This document shows positions 1 through 11,060 of a DNA stretch of 42,089 bases, piece after piece (within the stretch, counting starts at the first letter, position 1; every line of letters begins with the position of its first letter). Where the stretch lies: NCBI RefSeq assembly GCF_004010195.1, contig NC_057720.1:35424771-35466859 (forward strand). The letters run 5' to 3'. The stretch is from Chiloscyllium plagiosum (Eukaryota). The notes beneath the pieces are model-generated. The model was not told the DNA's origin. It saw only the letters and a list, made by a program, of their open reading frames with translations, and did not search any database. A program made the position numbers and the translations under genes.

Positions 1-96
1 CTCAACCTCCTTCCTTCAATTTCTACTTTTTTGCTGAATCAAATAACAACTCGGCAATGACAAGTGACAACTAGGGTCAGGCAATAAATAATTTTG

Positions 97-203
97 AAAT
101 CGACATTTTCGCTGCTCCATGGATGCTGCCTGAACTGCTATGCTCTTCCAGCACCACTAATCCAGAATCTGGTTTCCAGCATCTGCAGTCATTGTTTTTA
201 CCT
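97..203 (+). mobile_element. Penelope-like element 3' terminal (pLTR) fragment, family A
   Basis: Reverse complement of the terminus of the GIY-YIG-bearing copy at 31642-31740. Flanked by the 14-bp direct repeat AATAAATAATTTTG (83-96 and 204-217). Confidence 0.85.
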
Positions 204-350
204 AATAAATAATTTTGGACAGGCTTAGGGATTTGGCAAGGGATAGAATATAATGTGAAAAAATATGAGGTTGTCCACTTTGGTAAGAAGAATTGATGTG
301 TAAAATATTTCTCAAATGGTAAGAGCTTGGAAAGTGTAGATTTGCAAAGG

Positions 351-569
351 AGAAAGTGAGGTCTGCAGATGCTGGAGATCAAAGTTGAAACTTTATTGCT
401 GGAACAGCACAGCAGGTCAGGCAGCATCCAGGGAACAGGAGATTCGACGTTTCGGGCACAGGCCCTTCTTCAGGAATCTTGAAGAAGGGCCTGTGCCCGA
501 AACGTCGAATCTCCTGTTCCCTGGATGCTGCCTGACCTGCTGTGCTGTTCCAGCAATAAAGTTTCAACT
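351..569. mobile_element. PLE-derived fold-back mini-element with perfect 91-bp arms
   Basis: Arms 382-472 and 480-570 are exact reverse complements around a 7-nt loop. Unpaired tail 351-381. 14-bp TSD TAGATTTGCAAAGG at 337-350 and 570-583. Confidence 0.9.
440..479 (-). ncRNA. Minimal type I hammerhead-ribozyme-like motif (PLE type)
   Basis: Reads AGAUUC-CUGAAGA-A-GGGC-cugu-GCCC-GAAA-CG-UC-GAAUCU: 6-bp stem I, 4-bp stem II, conserved core, palindromic ACGU in place of helix III. Activity is untested. Confidence 0.7.
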
Positions 570-1359
570 TAGATTTGCAAAGGGACTTGGGTAGCCTTGT
601 CAATAAATCACTGTGAGCCAACATGCAGCTTTTGGAAGACTAATAGAATGTTACACTTTATTGAAAGAGGGTTTAAGTACAGGAGCATTCAAGTCTTGCT
701 TCAACTGTATAAGAACTTGGTTAGATCACACCTGGACTATGTGTGCAACTTTGGTCTTCTCATCTTAGGAAAGATATCAATTCCAAGGAAAAGCAACAAA
801 TGGTTCACCAGGATGGTGAGATTGTCCTTTGAAGAGAAATTGGGCAAACTGGGCCCATACTCCTTGAGTTATAAAGAATGAGAAGTGATTTCACTGAGAC
901 CTTCAAAAACCTTAAGGGTTACACAAGATAGATGCAGATTAAGATGTTTGCCCTGGCAGGGGGAGACTAGAACCAGGGGTGATATTTAAAAATAAGAGGG
1001 ACACCACTTCAGAGTGAGATAAGGAAAAATCTAATTATCTGGGGGGGTATGAATCTTTGGAACTTTCAACCCTAGAAGGTTGTGGAAGCTCAGAGTTTGA
1101 GTATATTTAAACGAGAGGTGGACAGATTTTTGATTATCAATTGGAAAAGGATAACGGAGATGGTGTGGGAAAAAGGCATTGTAGTGTTTGGTGAACCACG
1201 ATTTATTAAATGGCACAACAGGAATAAACAGGCTGAATGGCCTACTCCTGCTCCTTTTTCTCACTTTTGCTTTTTAGCTTTAGTTTCCCCCAGCCCTTTC
1301 CTCACTGTTACCACAGTTCCAGTCAACCTCTCATCATGGAGGGAGTCCCCATTCACTCA

Positions 1360-1975
1360 TATAGTCACAAGAGATATACAGCACCGAAACAAACCCTTCG
1401 GTTCAACTCATCCATGCCGACCAGATATCCTAAAGTACAGCGCTATTTGCAAGCATTTGGCCCATATCCCTCCAAACCCTTTTTATTCATATACCCATCC
1501 AGATGCCTTTTAAATGTTGTAATAGAAGCTCATTCCATACAGGCACCACGCTCTACATGAAAAAGTTGCCCCTTAAGTTCCCTTTAAATCTTTCCCCTCT
1601 CACCATAAACCTATGCCATCTAGTGTGGATTTCCCCAATCTGGGAAAAAGACCTTGTTTCCTTACCCTATCCATGCCCCTTATAATTTTATAAACCTCTA
1701 TAAGATCACCCCTCAACCCCAGTCCATTCAGCCTCTCCCTATAGCTCAAATCCTCCAACCCAAGCAACCCTTGTAAATTTTTATTGAACCCTTTCATGTT
1801 TCACAACATTGTTCCGAAGCAGGGAGACCAGAATTGCATGCAGTATTCCAATAGTGGCCTAACCAATGTCCTGTACAGCTACAACATGACCTCCCAACTC
1901 TGATACTCAATGCACTGACCAATAAAGTGAAGCATACCAAACGCCTTCTTCACTATCCTGTGTACCTGAGACTCC
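1360..1975 (-). mobile_element. CR1 LINE 3' fragment
   Basis: Minus-strand peptide LSYRERLNGLGLRGDLIEVYKIIRGMDRV and a CR1-type 3' end near 1360-1420. Confidence 0.88.
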
Positions 1976-3520
1976 AGTCCTACCACAAACTGACTTAGAA
2001 TTTGAATTCTTCCTTTCTGCATCATTTTTCAATTTTCAGAAGTGCCTTATGTTCAGCTTATCTGCAGTGCAGCCCAAGGTAAATTTATCCCATTATAATG
2101 TACCTTTTAAATCAAAGCTGTCTGAAATTGAAAAGAAATCCTAATATGTAGCTATTGGGTGTGGCTTGTTACAAAGTCAGGGATTAATGTTAACAGCAAC
2201 ATGAACCTCTAAACCTTATCTTGAAGTATTAGCAATCAAGATACTCAAAGATGTCAAGACCTTGCTTATTCTCGTAATGATAACGTGCAATAAATGTCTG
2301 ACAAAACAAATAAATGATATACTACCATTATCTCATCTGTCAAAGAAAGTGACAGCAAAAAGGTGTGAACAGTCATTAGAATGAGTGGTTACCTTTAACT
2401 CTCTCAGAAACTGGAGTGGTAACAGGAAATAACACAAGAACGATAACTACTGACTACAATGTCAAATCTCAGTGTTAACAAAATATGCAGGAAGATAAGT
2501 GAGGAGGTTTTAGTTGCTTGTCAACCAAACTAGTCAATCTTGTATGTTCTCAATAGCCATTTGACTGCTAGTTCTTTTAGTTATGCTAATTGGAGAGAAA
2601 ATGGGCGAATTTAAGAACTTTATTTGTACAGAAATATATTTGCAGGAATCAATGGAACCATATCCCAAGGGTTGTTTAATATTAAAATCTCTCAAGATTA
2701 TTGCAGGATACAATAAAAGTACAGACAGAATCAGATCATCTGCAATGTTTTCATTCCCCATTTTCTATTCAACCTTTTTAAAAAAAAAACGCTTTTTAGT
2801 TGAATGTCTGAGCAAACATCCATCTCTATGTATGAAATGTTATGACAGGGTGAGAGAGAATTACAGAAAGCCTTGCAATCAATCAGGTTTTTAGAGGGAA
2901 GTATGTGTGCTTTTAACCCCCAAATAGGTGGACAATTTGGACAGCCAAGAACAAGCCTTTTATTAGTTTAAATTTAGACTGATAATTGTTTACTAATGTA
3001 CTCACTCTTTAATTTATAGGTATTGCCCTCATTCACTTAGCCATATACAGATAAAGAAAGAAAGTTGAAGAGACTATTACACTTTTGCAGGTTATAGGCA
3101 AAAAAGAAGAGTTTATAGTTGCTGATTGTTTTGTTCTGGAAAAAAAAACCCCAATGCAGTCCTGAAGATGATGATGGTGAAATCAAGAGCCAAGTCATAT
3201 GTAAAATTCATTTTAGTATTCTCTGAAAGAGATGGACATTCTGCAGGCCATGAAGTTAGTTGCTTATAGTTACTAAAAAGTTAGCTTGCTGCACTTTTGG
3301 ACCCAAAAAGGAACAGGCGCTGGAGACCTCATGAGGTTACAGCTTCCAATTCTTAAGACACAGCTGTTATTGCCTTCCTATTGTTGCCACTTTATGGTTC
3401 TGTAGTTACCATTGAAAGATTATGTAGAGGCAAATACAGCTACCTTACCACGTACTCTGTACAACTTCATTTTCTTTTCCAAATACAGAGGTGAACCTGG
3501 GTTGATTAATCACATCCTGG

Positions 3521-3640
3521 TCGAAAAGCGTGGTACTGGAAAAGCACAGCATTTAAGGCAGCATCCGAGGAGCAGAAGAATCTACGCTTTGGGCATAAGC
3601 CCTTCATCAGGAATGTGGCATCATCATCATCAGCAGGAAT
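3521..3640 (-). mobile_element. Short PLE pLTR fragment with a decayed hammerhead-like core
   Basis: ggaaaagcacagc...gcagcatccgaggagcag...gcccttcatcaggaat matches the other PLE termini. Near-repeat tcacatcctgg/tcatatcctgg flanks it. Confidence 0.75.
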
Positions 3641-4237
3641 CAGTCATATCCTGGGTTTAATGAAGATATTAAACCCTTCTGTTTTTCAAAGACGACTCAT
3701 ACAATTCAGGAACGTCCTTTGATATTTAAGGAAGTAAGTAGTTGACACCTTTTATTCCAAGACATCATTTTTAGTCTCTTTTAAACAGTGAGTCAGTCTT
3801 TGACGAGACAAGCAAGGTCAGTTGACGTTCTCCTTTGTTACACGTTATCCCTTTATGTCAATTTAAAGCAGTTCACATCTAATCAAGTGTGTATCTTAAA
3901 AGTTAGGAACACAACATGCTGTTTCTGAACATGACAGAAATTAGTGCTAATTTTGGATAACTAACCATCAACTGAATTTTAGTAGTTTGGGAAAATCAAT
4001 AAATTGGGCTGAGATAGAAATGTTTGCATCCTCTAATCCCAAAGCAGTGTGATAAACCACTTCCCCAGAAACAAAACTGTGCCTCTTGTGTTATCTCATA
4101 ACAATAAGGTTACGATCTGGATTGGTAAAAGCTTGTTGCAACCTGACAAAAATGTAAACTCAGCTTCAAAAACCCCTATATATTCTAAATTCTAGGTTTC
4201 TCTGTTTGAAGAAAATAAAGGAGGTAAACATCTGGAA

Positions 4238-4327
4238 CTGAAAATGTGTTGCTGGAAAAGCGCAGCAGGTCAGGCAGCATCCAAGGAACAGGAGAATCGA
4301 TGTTTCGGGAATAAGCCCTTCTTCAGG
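4238..4327 (-). mobile_element. 90-bp PLE pLTR fragment ending at the hammerhead core
   Basis: Ends in gcccttcttcagg, the complement of CCUGAAGAAGGGC. 12-bp TSD AAACATCTGGAA at 4226-4237 and 4328-4339. Confidence 0.85.
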
Positions 4328-4883
4328 AAACATCTGGAAGACCACACTTCAAGTTGTGTACCTTCACTTTTGCCATCTTTAATCTAAACTATTATAGACA
4401 TGCCATTCTACGCACAGCAAGATTAAATAAATTACTGCAGTGGAGCAGATTAGCCACTCACTCGACTTCCTATAACCAACACAAAATTGCTCACTAGGGA
4501 AAACATGGCTGTTCATTTCCTAATACATCAAAGTTTATAAAATACAACTTCCCCTACAAAGCAAACGTGCTTTCCTTGTGGACGCTCTTTTCACAAGCGA
4601 AGAATCAAGTTTTACTAAAAGCCTAGATGAATTTATGGTCTTGGAATTATTTAGACATAAGGATTTTTATCAAAGGTCAGTAATGGAATATATCTAAAAG
4701 CTGACTGTACTCCTTTGGCATTTGCATTGTCGTAGGAAATGTCACTTAGTGTGCTATTTAGCTTGCCTAGTTTCACTGTCTTCTGTTATAGAAATTCAAC
4801 ATCGTCATCCATTCCTAGTCCAACTGTCTTGTTTGTCATAAACTATCTATAGAACTGAAATATTATAGTGTGACTGTAATGTT

Positions 4884-5013
4884 CAAGGGTCATATCAGAC
4901 TCAAAACATCTCCTCTGTTTCTCTCTTCACAGATGCTGCCAAACCCGTTTAGTTTTTTCTTTTCCACCACTTTTGTTTTGAGATTTCCAGGATCTGCAGT
5001 ATTCTGCCTTCGT
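4884..5013 (+). mobile_element. Old PLE pLTR fragment
   Basis: aagggtcatatcagactcaaaacatc...cagatgctgcc...ttccaggatctgcagt resembles the 24.1-kb family. 9-bp TSD TGTAATGTT at 4875-4883 and 5014-5022. Confidence 0.7.
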
Positions 5014-5459
5014 TGTAATGTTACAGCAATATTTGATTTCAAACACTGGATCAAATCTTGATTTTTAAAAAGAGCAATGCAAACTCAAATGAATACTTGA
5101 TACAATTAGATAGTGACCACAAGAAACAAAAAATGGAAGGAATAAAACAATGTAGCTGCAATGAATGATAAAATTCTGATGCACGCAAAACTTTAACGAG
5201 CTCAAAATTCTTTCATTTTTAAGCTTTTATTGCAAGGGCTCCTATAAAATAATTAACAATGCTAGAAAACAAATTACATTTAGTATTTAACCCTCTGAAT
5301 ATTACATAGTGCCTGAAGTTCACGTTGGACCAGTTCTACTACATATGAATAAAATCGTATTTTGTAATACATTAAGGACGGAACTTTTAAAGGTACATGT
5401 AAGGCTTTCAAACTACGAAACAACCAGCAAGATGCCACTGCTGACAAGTCATAAATAAA

Positions 5460-5590
5460 GTTTTGTTAAGTAAAGATATTAAGGGATATGGACCAAAGGT
5501 AGGACTTGTAGTTAGGCCAGAGATCAGTCACAATCTCAATGAATGAAGAAGAGACTGAAGGGGCTGAATGCCTTACTACTATTCCTATTA
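5460..5590 (+). mobile_element. CR1 3' UTR remnant
   Basis: gatattaagggatatgg...ggggctgaatgccttactactattcct resembles the CR1 ends at about 1230 and 34930. Confidence 0.6.
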
Positions 5591-5865
5591 ATTCAAAAGT
5601 CCTAATGTTGTCATTTGCAGCATGGACAGTCTTGTAATATCATGCTGAAACGGAGCTAAGACTTTTTCTTGAGTCTCAACTTTCTTAAAAGACACTAAAG
5701 CCTCAGAACAGGTTCAATTTGTGGCTTGCAAAGGATATATCCAAATGGTTCCAGTTTATAGTTCAGAACAGCGCAGTTATCTGTAGACCATAAGCAAAAT
5801 CTAAGATTAAGTTGGAAAATAATTGTGATAATAGAGGCAAAGAGACATTTTTCACTAGAGCACAG

Positions 5866-6225
5866 CAGGTTTATAAAATCATGAGGGGTATAGACAGGTA
5901 AATAACAAGGGTTCCATCTCTCAGGTGGGGGAGTTCAAAACTAGGGGGCATATTTTCAAGGTGAGAGGAAAAAGATTTAAAAAGGACATGAGGGGCCTTT
6001 TTTTAAATACACAGAGAGTGGTTTGTATGTGGAATGAACTGCCAGATAAAGTGATGGATGCAGGTACAATTACAAAATTTAAAAGACATTTAGATATGAT
6101 CATGAATAGGAAAGGTTTGAGAGTTATGGGCCAAGAACAGGCAAGTTTAGTTTGGGAAAACTGTCAGTGTGGACTGTTTGAACCAAAGCGTCTGTTTCCA
6201 TGCTGTATGACTCTATGAGACTATG
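5866..6225 (+). mobile_element. CR1 LINE 3' fragment
   Basis: Peptide KTRGHIFKV...TQRVVCMWNELP...FKRHLD and a tatgactctatga-type tail. Confidence 0.88.
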
Positions 6226-6784
6226 GCAAAAGAAAGCTAATTTCACAAGTGTTGGATGGTTAAAATCAAGAAGTATCTTTATGCTACACTGTAAAATGCT
6301 ATTTCAGTGATGCAGACTTTGAACCCCCAAAAGGGTGCTTACTTAAATATTTCTGTGATATTAACCTCATGTGCCACTAGCAGATGCCACGTAGGTTTTT
6401 CATTAAAATGAAATTAAAATAAATTAACTTATACTAAAAGACATTTCACTAAAATAATAACCAGCATTCATTGTAAACCAGAATCTGGAGATCACCTCTT
6501 ACTTGTAGGTGGGGTATTAAAAAATGTGCTTTCATATCCAGACCCTGCTACTCATCATAACTAGGTTACAGAAAGGCAAGTTCTGCATTAGTAGAACCAT
6601 TCAGGATGATAAATGGAAATGGTCAGTTGAGCTGCTTGTTCAAAACTTATGGTATCTGCTGTACACCAAGGGTACAAACCTCAACATATCAAATGATCAG
6701 GTGGGGAATATTCACTGAGAGGAGGAAGAAGAAAGGTAAGTAAGTCAAAGTATATCCAAGGGGATGACAAGCCCAACTTTCATT

Positions 6785-6995
6785 TTTTTTCATAACAAGT
6801 GGACATTATTGGCATGCTAGTACTTATTACCCGTTCCTAACTGCTCTCAAGAAGATGATAATGAGCCATCTCCTTAAATCATTGCAATGGTTCTCACGTT
6901 ATAAGTACACTCACAATTGCTGTTAGGGAGGGAGTTCTAAGACAGGGACTCATCAGCAATGGAGAACCAAGATTTTCCCAGACAAGATGGTGGAG
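6785..6995 (-). mobile_element. 3' end relic of the old LINE family also found at 22.3, 30.6 and 38.5 kb
   Basis: Diverged reverse complement of the ...gatgggcaataaatgctgg... terminus. Confidence 0.5.
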
Positions 6996-7411
6996 AAAGA
7001 AAAAAAATACAATTAAAGAGAAACTCCAAACTGTGAAACTTGCTTTCTGGCTACCAGGAGATGACTGAAAAATTGCTACTAATCATTCAAAAGGCTCACT
7101 GAATATTTATTTAATAAACTAAAATTCATTGATGATATAGTAATGTAACTGAGAAATCAATGATTCTCCACACCTCAATTGTACTTAAGAGTGACATATT
7201 AGTAACAGTGGACCAATTCTTACTGCACAATGTACTGGAAGTAAATAATCCCTCTTCCACCATCCTACCATAACAAAATGTTGTTAAAGAAGGCTGCACA
7301 TACAAAAGTGAGCTTATTGCCAATATAATCAAGTCTTGCTCTATTGTCTATGATAAAACTGAAGATTTGGAAAGATTCAAGGAGAGAATGAGTAGTTTAT
7401 TGCCTGAGGCA

Positions 7412-7597
7412 AAAGTGAGGACAGCAGATGCTGGAGATCACAGTGGTGCTGGAAAAGCACCGCAGGTCAGGCAGCATCCGAGGAGCAGGAAAATCGACAT
7501 TTCGGGCGAAAGCTCTTTATCATTCCTGATGAAGGGCTTCGGCCCGAAGCATCGATTTTCCTGCTCCTCAATGCTGCCTTACCTGCTGTGCTTTTCC
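7412..7597. mobile_element. PLE fold-back mini-element, family B
   Basis: About 38-nt tail, then imperfect inverted arms centred near 7520. The + arm has CUGAUGA-A-GGGC-uucg-GCCC-GAAG. 18-bp TSD with 2 mismatches: agtttattgcctgaggca (7394-7411) and agtttattgcccgagaca (7598-7615). Confidence 0.85.
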
Positions 7598-8639
7598 AGT
7601 TTATTGCCCGAGACAGTCCAATCTCGTGTCACTAAAGAAATCTGGATATATGCGACCATAATATACAGCTCTTTCCTTTGAAATTGAGAAATAAATTTTT
7701 TAAATGGCACTTATTATAGCCCATTAACACGTCTTACACAAAGTCTGTAAGTGCTTTAATGAATTACTTTGATAAATTAATTTATGAGACAAATACAGCA
7801 GTAATCTAGCACAGAGCAAGAATGAGATATTTGACCAATCTGACATATATAACATTGATTGATGGATATACGTTGACCTACAAGGAGTTATTTAATACCT
7901 AACTGAACCATTGGAATCGACAGATTGAGTCTTGATTCTTTCATCAGAAAGAAAATGCCTGATAATCAAAATACTTTAAACAGCGATCTAAAAGTCATCA
8001 ATAGTACTTTTACACTTACATTTTTGTGTTCCTAGTAAAATATTCCACTTAGATTTACTATTTGTAAGCATTTCATAAGTGGATCTCCCATTGCTTAAAA
8101 GTATCCAGTTACCAGCCCAATATTTAGCAAGACCCTGGGGTTCAACAAAGAGTGTTGCTACTGTAGACCAGTTTACTGGAATGTTTCATGTGTCACAACC
8201 ATGATTCTCTTTGTCTCCATTAGATGGATTGTGTACATTGTAAAAGAAGACACAAAAAGATTGAACTTATAGTCTGTCAGGCCAGACTCAGGCTATAAAG
8301 GGACTGATGTTTTATTTAACAACAGATAAATGAATGTAGGATTCACTGCAAAAGACTGTATTTATCATAATTTACAAATGTTATTACCCTCCACAATATA
8401 TCAGAATAATAAATATGTTTCCCTTGAGTCATCTTTCAATATACACTGAACCATGAAACTCATGCAATCACTATTTCTGTGGTGAAAGCTGCAACAATTA
8501 GTTTCTCTCCTGGCTGTAGACCTCTGAGGAAAGTTCAGCCAATGAAGTGTCATTACAAATCCTTTGATTATGTATTGAAATAAAGCCCATTCACAAAATC
8601 TCCACTTTATTAAATCACAGTAACGCAAATATTTCTTAA

Positions 8640-11060
8640 TTAAACTGTACCATCATCTTCTACCCCTGTCACAAATTCTACACACTCATCATTGATCCAT
8701 TATAAATCCCAGACTGAAGCAAGTTGCCTGGAATCTTGCCAACCTATTCAACTGTAAACTGAATTTCTGGTCCCATATTCTCAATGTCACAGGCTATTCC
8801 CTCTTCTAGATCACTATATACTTCTGCGTTTCCAGCTCAAAACGCTCATCAATATCTTAAGTATTTCCAAACAGAACAATGTCAACGCTCGTTGAACAGA
8901 AATCCCAATCTCCAAGCTCTGAAAGCTCCTGCTCCACCAACATTCTCCTGATCTCAATCTAACCCACAACAGTACCAACTCAACAATCAGTACAGTCCCT
9001 GTTAACTTAGGTTGCCTCCCAGACTACGATTTAATACTCCTATCTCAAATTGAAATCTCTTCATGACCCAATCCCTCATCATCTGAGCAGATAGGGGAAG
9101 CCCTAAGTGGGTTTTTTGCTTCGGTTTTCACCAAGGAAGAAGAACTTGTAAATTAAAACTTAGAGGAACTGGGATACAGTCTTGACCAGATCAAGATTGA
9201 TGAAGAAGATGATGTGCTAGAAATTTTGAAAAACATTAAGATTAATAAGTCCCCAGGGCCAGACCAGATTTATCTTAGGCTGCTCTGGGAAGCAAGAAAG
9301 GAGGTTGCTAAGCTACTGGCGAGGATCTTTGCCTTCTCTCTCTACACGGGAGTCATACCGGAGGATTGGAAGGAGGCAAATGTTGTTCCACTTTTCAAGA
9401 AGGGTAATAGGGAAATCCCTGGCAATTACGGACCAGTCAGTCTTACGTCTGTGGTCAGCAAAGTTGGGGAAAGAATTCTGAGGGATAGGATTTATGTCTA
9501 TTTGGCAAAGCATAGTGTGATTAAAGGCAGTCAGCATGGCTTTGCGAGGGGCAGGTCATGCCTCACAAATCTTATTGAGTTCTTTGAGGTGGTGTCAAGA
9601 CAGGTTGATGACGGTTGAGCAGTGGATGTGGTGTATACGGATTTCAACAAGGCATTTGATAGGGTTCCCCATGGTAGGCTCATTCATAAAGTCAGGAAGT
9701 ATGGGATACAGGGAGATTTGGCTATCTGAATTCAGAATTGGTTGGCTGACAGAAGTGGTTGTAGATGGAAAGTCTTCTGCCTGGAAGACAGTGTTGAGTG
9801 GGGTCCCGCAGGGCTCTGTTCTTGGGCCTCTGCTCTTTGTAGTTTTTATAAATGACTTGGATGAGGAGGTTGAGGGGTGAGTTAGTAATTTTGCAAATGA
9901 CACAAAGGTTGGAGCTGTCGTCGATAGTATAGAGGGCTACTGCAGGCTGCAGCGCGACAAAGACAGGAAGCAGAGCTGGGCTGAGAAATGGCAGATGGAG
10001 TTCAACCTGGATAAATGCGAAGTGATGCATTTTGGAAGGTCGAACTCGAATGCTGAATATAGGATTAAAAGACAGGATTCTTGGCAGTGTGCAGGAACAG
10101 AGGGATTTGGGTGTGCAGTACATAGATCCCTCAAAGTTGCCACCCAAGTGGATAGGGTTGTTAAGAAAGCATATGGTATTTTGGCTTTCATTAACAGGGG
10201 TATCGAGTTTAAGAGCCGCGAGGTTTTGCTGCAGCTCCACAAGTCCCTGGTGAGACCACACTTGGAATATTGTGTCCAGTTCTGGTCGCCCTAATATTGG
10301 AAAGATACAGAGGCTTTGGAGAGGGTGCAAAGAAGGTTTACCAGGATGCTGCCTGGACTGGAGGGTTTGCCTTCTGAAGAAAGGTTGAATAAGCTCAGAC
10401 ATTTCTCTCTGGAGAGAAGGAGGAAGAGAGGAGACCTGATCGAGGTGTACAAAATAATGAGAGGAATAGATAGAGTCAATAGCCAGAGACTTTTCCCCAG
10501 GGAAGGATTGACTGGTACGAGAAGTCATAGTTTGAAGATATTAGGAGGAAGGTATAAAGGAGACATCAGAGGTAGGTTCTTTACGCAGAGAGTTGTGAAT
10601 GCATGGAATGCTTTGCCAGCTGAGGTGGTGGAAGCAAAGTCATTGGGGAGATTTAAGCAACTGCTGAACATGCACATGGATAGCAGTGAGTTGAGGGGTG
10701 CGTAGGTTAAGTTACTATATTTTACATTAGGATTAAGTCTCAGCAAAACATCGTGGGCCTAAGGGCCTGTTCTGTGCTGTACTTTTCTCTGTTCTATCTC
10801 TAAATTGCTTTAATACCCCAAAAATTCTCAATTCCTTTAAATTTGACAGCTTGTACATTCCTTCTCTCTTTTCAACTCACCGCTGGCAGCCATGCCTTCA
10901 GCTATCTGTCCTTCACACTTGAATTTCCAACTATTTGACCAGAGTTTTGGTCACTCCACTTAACATTTCCTTTCTTGGCTTTAGTAGATACCAACTGAAT
11001 ACACCTCTGTGAAGTACTTTGGGATGTTTTTCTGTATTAAAGTTGCTACATAAATTCAAT
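8640..11060 (+). mobile_element. Ancient L2-like LINE relic split by the CR1 at 9085-10797
   Basis: Pyrimidine-rich decayed ORF. The 3' part has ggcagccatgccttcagc and gtgaagtactttgggatgtttttctgtattaaagttgctacataaat, resembling an L2-type terminus. Boundaries are approximate. Confidence 0.5.
9085..10797 (+). mobile_element. CR1 LINE, 5'-truncated, with a disrupted reverse transcriptase ORF2
   Basis: [91 protein letters not shown]. Contains stops and frameshifts. Ends in a ctgttctat-type tail. Confidence 0.96.

Larger units (their letters stand above)
218..1260 (+). mobile_element. CR1 LINE 3' fragment, decayed, interrupted by a PLE hairpin at 351-569
   Basis: Remnant ORF2 peptides such as LQLYKNLVRSHLDY and IFKREVDRFL. 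3' UTR motif ggctgaatggcctactcctgctcct. Confidence 0.85.

Noticed and set aside
379..624. Near-identical ORFs on both strands
   Set aside because: A by-product of the 91-bp palindrome.
6718..6745. Purine-rich stretch followed by AG/GTAAGT on the plus strand
   Set aside because: Isolated donor-like site with no credible acceptor or reading frame.
9722..10528. 268-aa minus-strand ORF
   Set aside because: Antisense frame of a CR1 RT region with no independent coding signal.
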